Position numbers and translations under genes: made by a program
The notes under the pieces: generated by a model
Seen by the model: only the letters and a program-made list of their open reading frames with translations
Databases searched by the model: none
What the model was told of the DNA's origin: nothing
Shown: in pieces, positions 12,246-23,680 of the stretch
Layout: the number at the start of each line of letters is the position of its first letter
Numbering within the stretch: position 1 is the stretch's first letter
Source of the DNA: Vicugna vicugna
Taxonomy: Eukaryota
NCBI GenBank assembly: GCA_013265495.1
Contig: MU058669.1
Location: forward strand, 976,234 to 1,040,233
DNA: 64,000 nt
Reading direction: 5' to 3'

Positions 12246-14794
12246 ATGGGGACTTAATGAATACATCTCCAGCTGTGAACTCTATAAGAAGCTGCCACAG
12301 CTCCTTAGCTTCCCATCTGCTCACATCTGATCCCTGTCTCCCTTACCCAATCCCATCCCTCCCTTTCTTAGGGCCAAGGGGCCTTTCTGAGGCTCCTTGG
12401 GGGTCCCTGCCCCGATTTCTGTAGCTCTGCAGCCCAGCACTGGTGGTTACCCTCCCAGAAGCCCAGATGTCTTGCTCCCTGCAAGACATAAAGCAAGTCC
12501 TCTTTGGTGGGGGGCATTAGCAGGGCAGCCAGTCAGCAGGCAGCGGATGACAAGATAAAGCCAAGCAGGCACTCTGGGGATCTGGGATGCTGGCAGGAAA
12601 CTGAAAACAAATTCAGTTGAATATTAAGAGAGTTGTCTTGCTGGTTTGGGCCTCCTGGTGCTGGGGGGAGTGGAAAAACGCAGAAGGCATCTTCCTGTCC
12701 TGCCTGGTTTCCAGGGTTGCTGAGGACAATGTATTCTTTGATGGCTGCTGCAAATAAGGGACTCTGACCCCAGAGCCCACTTCCCTCCCAGCCTCTGCAT
12801 CTCTCATACCCAGTTTCTCTTCCTTTTCCACCAGTCCTAGGATCCAGCCATTGAAGTCCAGCCAAGGATTCTCTTACTTTTTCCGCACGTGTTTGTAATC
12901 TGTAGGCTGCTTTTCATCAGACACAGGTCATGCTCGGGTTTTATGTTCAATTTTTGCTTTTCTGTTTTTAAATTTTCTTCCCTCCAGTTGGCATGGGAAT
13001 GCTGAACTGCCAGTTCAGGGAGGATCCATCAACCACACGTAACACTCCTCCACGCTGCCCAAGCGCTTTGATATCTTCAAAGTGCGTACACAGTTCTCCC
13101 TCGTGGAGAGAAATCTGGAAGCGGCCAGTCTCGCAGTTCTCCCAGCTGACAGGCTCTCCAGCTTACATGATTCCAGAAGTAGAAGGGCCTTCCGAGACCA
13201 GTTCAAACCCCGGAGAAGGGAAATGCTTTAGCCAAGGTCACACAGAAAGTCAGCAGTGTACAGAGGACTCAAATCCAGGTCTTTATACACTGCTGGATGC
13301 TGGGTGACCTTTCTTAGACTCATCCTGAACTTTTCTGGGCCTTTCTTTGTTCGTTAGTAAAATCAGATCATCACCTTCTCTTTTTCCCCAAAGGGTGCTT
13401 GTGAGGATCAGGTGAGATTCCTGTGACTGGTCCATGTGAATGGTGAACACTTTCTTTAACCCAAAGACTCTAAACATGGGTCTTGCAGATGGATGTTCAT
13501 AAATAGTTATTAAGCTGATGTAAAATTAGAGAAAATGGTTACATGTTTATGCCTCAGAAGTGGATATGGTAGATTGATTCAACGGAACCAGTCATCCGTT
13601 CATCTGTCCATCTACCTAGAGGGCATTTTTTCAAACATTTAATGCCTAAGGAAAGCTATGCTACCTTGGTTAAAAACTGGTTAAAAAAGACATTGACTTT
13701 GACCCTGGAGAAATGTGGGATCCAGCAAGAAAGACAGTCATATAAAAAACTCATCACAACACAATGGGTTATGAGCAATAACGGCTGGGAAAAAAAAGGC
13801 GCAGTTCCCTCAAGAGCATGGGTCCCATGCCCTGCGCAGCCTGGGAAGCCTGTCTTGTAGATTTTCATTTGGGTCTCAAAGGCGACTAGGAGTTTCTTAG
13901 GCCAGCACAGCCAAGGTCTAGAGGCACACTCCCACAGGGGGGTTGGGAGGACAGCACGTTGCTCTGCAGCACTGAAGAAAAACAGAGCTGGTGTCTACGA
14001 AGCATCACAGCCACTGTGCCCAGCCTTTCACAAGCAGGTTTTCCTTCCATGCCTGTGAACACCATTCATGATACAGAGTATTATTAACCTCATCTGATGG
14101 CTATAAAACTGAAACTCGGTGCTACTACCTAATTTGGTCCAAGGTCTCACAGGTGAGAAGTAGCCAGTGTAGAATTCATGAGTTACGTGATCCCAAAGTC
14201 TGGGTCCATAATCATTACTCTTTATGGTTCCTTGTGAACCAGGGGTACACGGGGGAACAGAGGCCCTGAGAGTAGTCAGGTCATGAAGGGGAACTTGAAG
14301 TAGGAAGGATACGAGAGTTGCCTAAGATCCCGTGGCTAATCTGTGACAGAATAAGCCTTAAGCCCAATTGTCCTACTTCCATCCTGCTCAGGACCATACT
14401 ATGCTCACTGACTAGGGACAAATTAAGAGACCAAGATAGAGGGTGTCAGAAAAAATCAGCTGCCCTCCTGAGAAAGCACCAAATAGCCTGTGTATCTTCA
14501 CTGTTCCGCTTGTGTTAGGTTTTCCCGGGGATCTGCGTTGGCGGGGGAATTCAGAGTATTTGTGGATAACAGATGTGCATATTTTCTTGGTCGAGTGAGA
14601 TGAAGAGAAGTGGGAGGAGGCTGGGCACAGGGCCAGCCCTCAGCAGAACTGTCAAATGCTAGGTCTGGTCTGCACGACTCCCTCCAGCTCCCAAATGCAC
14701 CACCGTCCACCCTTTTTGCTTAAGCTTCTGTTTGCTTCCTATCTACCATCTAAGTTAGCTTCACTATCATGGAGGAACCACCCCAGTTACCATT

Positions 14795-15207
14795 TGTATT
14801 AGTGAGCTCAAGCTGCCATAACGAAATGCCATAGACTGGGTGGCTTAAATAACAGAAATTTATTTTCTCACAGTTCTGGAGGCTAGAAGTCTGAGATCAG
14901 GGTGCTGACATTATTGAGTTCTGGTAAAAGTCCTTACGCTGGCTTACAGATGGCCACCATTTCATTGTGTGCTCACAGGGCCTTTCATGTGTGTGTGTGC
15001 GTGTGTGTGTTTAGAGGGGGAGGTAGAAAGAGTGCACACAAGCACAAACTTTCTGGTATCTCTTCTTATAAGGGCACTAATCCCACCATGAAGGCCCCAC
15101 CCTCATGACCTCATGTTCTTCCAAAGACTCTATCTCCAAATACCATCACCTTGGAGGTTAGGAATTCAACCTACAAATTTTGGCAGGACACAATTCAGTC
15201 CACAGCA
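14795..15207 (-). mobile_element. MLT1 (ERVL-MaLR) solo LTR with intact 5-bp TSD
   Basis: TG...CA termini. Typical MLT1 text (gctgccataac..aatgccatagactgggtggcttaaataacagaaatttattttctcacagttctggaggctagaagtctgagatca). CCATT at 14790-14794 and 15208-15212. Confidence 0.9.
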
Positions 15208-17649
15208 CCATTACAAGGAATCTTTCTGCCATGCTCAGAAAGATTTGTCTTTGTTGGTCAGGGATGCTGAGAAGGAAAGTTTGAAACCAACAGTTGACTT
15301 TCTAACAGCAGTACCACAGGCACTGGGTCATCAGGGTGGAGGTGGTAAGGTACTTCTGTAAAAGGGCCAGGTTTCCAATAGCCATGCTGATTAGGAGATG
15401 CCCAGAATCAGATAAAGGGACCCTCTCCACCACTAGCCAGTCCATATTTTTAAAATGGGCTCTGCCATGTTGAGCTGAGATCTGTCAATCCAAACCTCCC
15501 ATTCATTGGTCTTTGTTTGGCTTCCTAAGCTACAGAGAATAAAAGCAATTCTTTGCAGAGATGACTGTTTAGATGTTTGGGGATGGACACTGAACCATAC
15601 TCAGTCTACGACTTTCCTTCTCAGATCATCGTCACTGGAAATGCTTTCCAGACCTTGGGCCATCTGAATATGGTCTTTAAGTACAGGACCACTATTCCTG
15701 TAACCTGCCCGTGAAGCCCAGAGTCCAATTACCCAAGGCAGAGTGGATGCAGTTACCAGATTTCTTTACACTATTTGTAAGAAGAGATTTGGGTCTGTCA
15801 GATAAAGGCCAGGAGCAAAATGAATTTTGCTCTCTCAAGGCTACTGCAAACTTCCCTCACCCAGTCTCATCACCTTCCCTGCCGTATGTCAGCTTCTCCT
15901 CAGCCTCTATGCAGCCTATTTATTTTTGCTATTAACTTTACATGTTGCATTAAAAATAATTTATTTCAACTTGCCTCGTTTAAAAAAAAATGGGGGGCTT
16001 AAAAAAAAAAAAAACAGCAGTACAGAGGCTGGGTGTTCCCGGATGGACGTCTAAACGTAGATTACTCAGAACTGGCTTTGCAGGGTTGAAAAAAAGCATG
16101 GACAGCAGCAAGGCTGACCTGGGCCAATTTGGCAAGTGCTTCCCTGGAGCAGGCTGGTTCTTTCTGAAATCACCGGCAATTCCTTGTTCTGGGTAATACT
16201 GTTTGTAGGACTCGCTCCAAAAATTGACAGGGAGCCAGGAAACGTGGAATGAAGCCTTGCTTGGCTGTCAGAAGTCTTGCATGAGAATCATGACCTGGCA
16301 GACAAAGCCCTCTGTGCTCTCTGGGTCTTAGTTTCTAGGTATGTAAACCAAGCTCAGACTAGGCATTGAGTCACCTAGGGTATTAATAGGTAATTTGGTA
16401 AAAAGAGGGATATTATATTTGGAACATATATACCCTTTCCTCTACTGAGAAATGAACAAAACACATTAGCATATTAAGGGGCCTTCAAAATCCTAAAGAA
16501 TACGATTTTATTTAATCCAGAATTACTAAGTTTTTGACCATGCAACCTTCCCTAACCCCAACCTCCAAAGAAGGCCTATTTGCCCTGGAACATCAGAGTT
16601 CTAATGGGAAACACAGATAAGATAGGTTCCTAAAGCCCCTTAAAAATGAACCCTTCGATGTCTGTCACGTAGACATGGGGAGGGTCTGTGTCGTTCGGCA
16701 CTCAGAAAATAAAGGTAATTTTATTCTGGTGGAAGATTATTCTAGTAACTTCTAAATAAAACAATCTTTATTTGTATAGAAAGAAGACGTTTCGAATGTC
16801 AGCTGTGAAATTTTAAGTTATTATTCTATCTCTGGAATACTTTTCCCTGGCCTTCAGCGCCTTCTCTAGTCTGAAACTAGTGCACTTTTCCAAATGCATC
16901 TTCCAGGGCTCCCCGGGAAACTTCATCCAAATCCCCAAACTCATCATGTTAACTCTCCGCCTCTTTCACGGACTCCGTTTTGGTGATTTCACTCACTCTC
17001 ATCTACAATCCTGGACAGTTTATGTTTACAATGGCCCCCTGGGTCTGTGGGACACTTGTGGTCAAGGCAATATTAAAGTAGGATCAAAACAGATGTCTTA
17101 TTAAAGCAAGAAAGCAGAGGAGTACACTTCAGAAACTGTCTCATTACACGTTTTTAAAAAGTCAGGTTCTTATTAATCCTGTTTTATCCTAAAACTCACT
17201 TTCCCAGAGCAGTTCGTTCCTCAAACGTTTGAGTCACCAATGCCCTATATTTCACTCCAGCAGCAACTAGCTATATATTTAGTTAAAGCCTTTTTGCCTT
17301 CTCATTCCCAAATAAGTACAGGACTAGATTTAAATTTTATTTTATTTTATGATTTTAACGGCAGCTGACTCCAAGCAAGACCTGCAGAACTAAAAGGAAT
17401 CATCTTGGCAGATGGTAAAAGGAAACAAGTAGCAAAGTGGCTCTATTTTGGGGTTTTGTTGTTGCTGTCATTTTCAGATCAAAGAAGCCTTAGATCTAGA
17501 TATTTCCTAAGTAAATTACAAAATCCCATCCACAGCATTTTTTATTCTCCATGCCCCTCATTTCAATAAGAACGTTGGATTTTCTGATGAAGAGTTCAGA
17601 GGGCATTTCGAGAGAAGCTTGTCATCACAAACAATTAAATTGAACAAAC

Positions 17650-17880
17650 AATAATAGCTCCCATTTATTGGGACCTTACTATGCCAGGCCCTATGCTAAG
17701 CACTTTTCAAGTTTATCTCCTCCAATCCTTATGACAACTCTAAGAGGAATGTATTATTACTGCCACTTTACCAAATAAGAAACCAAGGCCTTGAGATGTG
17801 AAGTCACTTGTAAAGATCACACAGGATTCTGAATTAGGAAGCTGTCTCCCAAGTTCTTGCTATTAACCATTAGACTACCC
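17650..17880 (-). mobile_element. MIR SINE
   Basis: catttattgggaccttactatgccaggccctatgctaagcacttt...aatccttatgacaactct...aagtcacttg. Confidence 0.75.
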
Positions 17881-18340
17881 TGGAAATATTTATGGAGCAT
17901 TTGTCTTGAGCAGTTGGGCTTTAAATACAAATCATTTGTTTTCCCATCCTCAAGATACTCAGGGGCTTAATAGTAGATGTGACCTTTCTCTAAGTAGAGA
18001 AGGTAGGAAATCCAAAGGGCCAAAAAAAAAAAAAAGCAGTTCACAAAAGAGAGCTCATAAAGGAAGAAGAAATGACTTATATCAGTTATGAATAAAAGAA
18101 GAATAAAAAACAGTTTCATAAAGCAGTGATAATATCTGAAAAGCACCTTGGAAAGTAGGTCTGCTTTCTTTACCTCATATGCTACATTCAATCCATCACT
18201 AAGTCCTGTTGCTATCACCTTCAAAGTAGATTTCAAAGCTACTCCTTCTATCTCCTCTGCTACCATGTAGGTCCCAGCCATCATCATCTGTCATGTATTC
18301 TATTGCAGGAGCCTCTTAGCTGGTCTCCCTGAGTTCCTTC

Positions 18341-19201
18341 TGTGGTGCACTGGATTACTGTGATAGAATTACACATTTATGCTCCTTATCACCTTGTGAT
18401 TTTGGAATCCTTCTTAGAAGGCAGAGAATATTTTTTTCTGCCCTATAATTGTTATATTTGGCCACATGCCTTGCTGGAGCCAATGAAATATTAGAAGACA
18501 CAGCACAAGAAGATTCTGGCTTTAAATGTACTTTCGTGATAAGGCTTAGCCTCCATGAAGTCTTTATTAGCTGCTGCCCCTTCACCCTCACTTCCAAAAC
18601 AAAGACACATGGGACAGACCTAAATCCTCTGTCCAGCCTGATCCAGCCCACAACAGGTGAACCACAGTCAATCTGCAGGCTGTGATTCTTTAAAGCAATT
18701 TTTGTATAAGCCACTAAAATTTTTTTAACATTTTTTATTGATTTATAATCATTTTACAATGTTGTGTCAAATTCCAGTGTTCAGCACAATTTTTCAGTCA
18801 TACATGGACATATACACACTCATTGTCACATTTTTTTCTCTGTGAGCTACCATAACATTTTGTGTATATTTCCCTGTGCTATACAGTATAATCTTGTTTA
18901 TCTATTCTACAATTTTGAAATCCCAGTCTATCCCAGTCTATCCCTTCCCACCCTCCGCCCCCCAGGCAACCACAAGTCTGTATTCTCTGTCTATGAGTCT
19001 ATTTCTCTCCTGTATTTATGCTTTGTTTTTGTTTGTTTGTTTGTTTTTTAGATTCCACATATAAGCGATCTCATATGGTATTTTTCTTTCTCTTTCTGGC
19101 TTACTTCGCTTAGAATGACATTCTCCAGGAGCATCCATGTTGCTGCAAAAGCCACTAAAATTTTGATGTTATTTGTTATGTGGCAGTAACTGATTGATAC
19201 A
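18341..19201 (+). mobile_element. MLT1-type LTR interrupted by an L1 insertion
   Basis: The MLT1 3' end motif taagccactaaaattttgatgttatttgttatgtggcagtaactgattgataca is reconstituted when the L1 is removed. Confidence 0.75.
18720..19148 (-). mobile_element. Young 5'-truncated L1 3' end with target-site duplication
   Basis: T-rich tail followed by L1 3' UTR motifs (tttagattccacatataagcgatctcatatggtatttttctttc...catccatgttgctgca). The direct repeat aagccactaaaatttt lies at 18708-18723 and 19149-19164. Confidence 0.9.
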
Positions 19202-19496
19202 TGCTCTTTTCATATCACTTTATCACTTTTCCCTTCTCCACAGAGAAATGATAATAATCATTTAAAAGTGTAAATCAGAATACCCACCTCAAAACTTTAG
19301 CCCCATTAGTAATTTTTATTGTATTTTAAATCAATCTCAGTTCCTTATCATGGCCTACAAAATACGATGCCTAATTTTTTGTTCAGTGTGCTTTAGCTCC
19401 ACTGGCTTTCTTACTGTCCTTTGAATACACAGACTCTCACTTTAGAGACTTTACACTTCCTGTTCTTTTTGCCTGGAAAGTTATAGAGTCTAGATC

Positions 19497-19702
19497 TAAG
19501 CTGTCTAATATGATAGCCATTATCCCCATGTGGCTGTTTAAACTTAAATGAATTAAAATTGAATAACATTAAAGATTTAGTTCCTCAGTCATCCTAGCCA
19601 CATTTCCAATGCTCCATAGGCAGATGTCACTAGTGGCTACCATATTAGCACAGATTTAGAATGTCTCCCATCATTGCAGAAAGTTCTGTCGGTCATAACA
19701 AG
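19497..19702. mobile_element. MER3-like hAT element
   Basis: gctgtctaatatgatagcca...catgtggct...ttagttcctcagtca..ctagccacattt...ccatcattgcagaaagttct. Confidence 0.75.
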
Positions 19703-21254
19703 GCTCTATTAAAGTATTACCTCTTCAGAGAAGCCTCCCACCCATTTGAGGTAGCTCTCTAGCCTACTCTGTGTTCCATGACTCTATTTGGCTGTATTTG
19801 TAGCATTTAACAACTATTTGAAGTCATGATATTTATTTATTTGTTCACCAGAATACAGACCCGAAGAGAACAAGGACTTCATTGATTTTACTCTCTGCTA
19901 TATGCCCAGGGTCTAATAAAGAGGGGTGCCCAGTAAAGACTAGTTGACTGAATAAATGAATGGAATGTTAACACTTCATTCATTTATGGGTGATGAGGAC
20001 TATGCCATGTCAAAGCAGAAGCATAAACAAAAGCAAAGCCGTGAGAGGCTGAGAGGCATGTGTATGGCAACACTGGGTACCTGCTTCAGCTGTAAAGCAG
20101 AGTGTGCAGGGTTAGGTAAGTCTCAAAAAGTAGGCAGACTGAGACCACATCATTGAAAAGACTCATATTCTGGGCTAAGTTTTAACTTAAAACAAGATGG
20201 AAAGCCACTGACAATTTGTTTACAATCAAGAAGTTTCCTGATTAAAATAGTCTTTAAGAAATTGATCTACCCTCTGTGTGGCAAGTGGATTCTAACATGG
20301 AGAGACTAGTCAAAGGCTAAAGACACAAGCCAGTGAAAAAAGAAGAAAAAGAGGGACAGATTCAAGAGTCATAGTGGTGGAAAATCAACAGATTACTGTA
20401 TTGGATGGAGAGGTTGACAGACTGAGGAATCAAACCAGACACTGACATTTTGAGAGGGAGTGATTCAACAGAAATACAGTGAGGGATAAGCAAAGGGTTT
20501 GGTAGGAAGGGTGCCCAGTTCCGTCTTTGATACGTTTAACCCAAAATGTAGAGGCTAGCCTCTTGGGGAAAGGGTAGACCCTGGGGAGAAAAAGGGAGCA
20601 GAAGGAGTCACAGAGAGCAACATTGATGGTGGGGAGAATGTAGCATCACAAAGCTAAGTGTTCTTAGCGAGAGGTGTGAAGATTCTCATAGGCCTTAGGC
20701 TAAAAGAAATAAAAACATAGTATTTGCTGATGAGAAATCCATCTCAACCCTAGAGAAACTGGCTCATTAGAATAGTTAGAGTAGAAATGATGCTTCAAGG
20801 TATTCAGAACAATCTTAGAGTTAGGAAGAAGAGATAGTAAGTTAAGTAATTTTACCAAAGCTAATAAACTACTTGACTCTGGACTCCACACTTACCCTTA
20901 TGAGCTTCCGATCCCCTAAACTCTTGCTTTTCAGTGTCTGGAGTAGAGACTAAATGGAAGGCTTGCATTACATGTTCTCTGCCCTCCCTTGCTGCTGTGA
21001 CACCTCTGTGGGCTTTTCCCAGATAGGTTAGGGATGGTTGAAGCTCATCCTGCTTGCTTGAGAGAGACTGCCCTAATTAACCACCTCAATTAACAAATGG
21101 AGTTTGGCACAGAGCTAAAATGAAGTTCTCTGATTTCACATTTCCTTCACACATAATTTAAATCTCAGAATTCTTCAGTTTTATAATTACAGGCTTGGAA
21201 GGGGATCTTGAAACTGTTTAGTTGATTTCCCTTCGCTATGAAAGAATGAATATA

Positions 21255-21257
<3 letters not shown>

Positions 21258-21290
<33 letters not shown>

Positions 21291-21295
21291 TACAT
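21258..21295. repeat. (AC)n microsatellite
   Basis: Read directly from the sequence. Confidence 0.95.
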
Positions 21296-21989
21296 ATCTC
21301 CTGCCATCCTTAGACGCAACAGCAACAACTCTTGACTGTTCTGGAGCCAAGACAGGAAGGGTAGCCAATTCCATCACCTCTCTATTAGGAATTCCCTAGG
21401 AAGCCTTATCCTCTGCCTCTACTATGCTCAGTGGCTTCCACATCCTGTGGCTGTCTTGCTTTGGCAGCAAGGGCATCTTTGTCAGCCCTTGACTTGCACA
21501 TGCAACATGGTGCAGAGTAGTGAGCATCTGCCCTAGGACAGCTGAGTGACCCAATTTGCAAGGAATTTTTTCAGAGCCCCTCATTCTCCCTTGCCCAGAC
21601 CAAGATTTGCAGTCTTACTTGTCCATGTGGCTGTTTTTTGTTTTTTTTTTTTTACATTCCACAAGGGATTGTACTCCTGTCTGACTCCTTTCCAACTTCA
21701 TATTTTTTTCAAGTTTCATATTTAAGCTCACAAGTCATCTCCTTAGAGAGATCTTCTTCAACCACTTAATCCAAAGTAGGTATTCTCTACTGCAATAGTG
21801 ATTTATCACCACACCTTATTTTCTTTATGACCATAGTAACAATCTCTATTATTATTATTTTTATTTTTAAGTGTATTTATTGCTTATCTCCCTATAGAAT
21901 ATATGATCCATGGAGACCAAGACCATATCTGTCATTCTCCAGGTTTCCCTCAGTTCCTAGCAAAGTGTGGAACATACGGTGGTTGCTTG

Positions 21990-22345
21990 TATTTGTCAGC
22001 TATTGCTGCATAACAGACCACCCCCAAATTCAGTGATATATAACAGTGAGCATTTACTACCATGTTCCCAGTCAGCTGGGACAGCTTTGCTTCAGACTTT
22101 AGTCTGTGGGTTGACTGTAGCATCTCTGTTTTTTTTTTTGCCTTTCTCTTTCTTCTGGGACTAGCAGGCTCTCTGGGACATGTTCTCAAGGCTTCTGCTT
22201 GAAACATGCCTAATAATATCCCATTTGCCAAGGCAGGTCACAAGACCAAACATAACATTAATGAATAGCAGGGAGATATACTCTTCCCAATGAGTTTGGG
22301 GAAGAGATGAATCTTTACCAAATAAGAATTTAATCTATCACAATG
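21990..22345 (-). mobile_element. MLT1-type LTR (old)
   Basis: gtcagctattgctgcataacagaccacccccaaattcagtg...atcccatttgccaaggcaggtcacaagaccaa. Confidence 0.6.
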
Positions 22346-23159
22346 CTTCATAAATATCAATGACTGAATAAATGAATGCCCTCCCCTAGATCAGTTGACC
22401 TTTCTAGCCAAGCGACTTTCCAGTGATTACAATCTTGTGTTTTATCAGTGTTAGTTTTAAATTTTCAGTCCACAGTGAATCTGTGGCCTGGTGTGAAAGA
22501 ACCATACCACTCTGTTCTCCTTGGATAAGAACTAACTTAAGATCTCAGCCTGTTTAACAGAGGTTAAAGCCTCCTTCATTTCATCCTGGCTCTCTCTATC
22601 CCCCGTCTTGAGGCATAGGGAAGGCTTCATTCCTGCCAAAAACTAGAAGAGATGGAACCAATTAGAAGAACCTACCATCTGGTGGTGTGGGCTCATCAGT
22701 ATTGCAGCCAAGATTCCAACTGGGACTGTTAAAGAGTTTGTGCACCATAGCTTGAGTGTCTGAGTAGAGCAGAGAGAATAGGTGCCTCAAGATCACCAGG
22801 TCTCTTAGGGCTGACAGCACCAACATTCTGACAAAGAGTGATCTGAAGGGACACCCCCCAGGCACATCCACGTGGCTGGACAATACTTCCTGAAACTATT
22901 CCATCAACACAGGTTTGCTCCTGGCTGAGCAGGGATTACCAAATTCTCCTCACAGCCTTGACTAACTCATGAGTCTGCCTAGAATTCAAACCTTTTGCCT
23001 ACACTGACCTCTGATCTTGCCTTACCCACCGGAATCCTGTGTACACTCTTCTCTTATTGGTGGCTTTTCTCTGCTTTAGCATGTTGTCCCTTGGTCTAGC
23101 TCCAGCCTTTCTGAATTCTCTCTCCTGAAGAGGTATGCCATGGGAGGGCATCTGTGTTT

Positions 23160-23680
23160 TTTTGCTTACTGGGCATCTAGTCTCCATTGTTTTTTTTAAT
23201 AATGTCCCAGTTTCCTTTGGAGGAACTCCTCTGCCCCCATGTCCATGTAGTTTGGATACACTGAATGAAACCAACAATCCACTTGGCTTTTCTCACCGCC
23301 CCAAGCTCTAAGAATGATCTTGACTTGACTGAGAGAATATAACATGCTGGCCAATGTGTCATGTTCGGCAGTGAGCATGTGTCCTGATTTTTATTCAGTG
23401 ACATCAGGTCCAGGACTTTTGTGGAACTGATGGGAAAAGAGAAGTTCCCTTTCCATTGGACTTTGAGACGGGCAAATGAAGGCCGGCTGTGCTGGGATCT
23501 GACAGATAACATATGCATGCGTGAGAGTAAAGCCAATTTAGAGAAAAGCTAAGCCTGAAAATCTGGAAGGTCTATCTCAGTTCTGATGATATCATTCAAG
23601 CCTCTGAATCTAGCTGTTCCTAAAGTCAAAATTACTTGATTAGTTTTCTATAATTTGTCACCAAAAGAGTACTGACTGCT
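23160..23680 (+). mobile_element. MLT1-type LTR (old, degraded)
   Basis: tgatatcattcaagcctctgaatctagctgttcctaaag...ttttctataatttgtcaccaaaagagtactgact. Confidence 0.5.
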
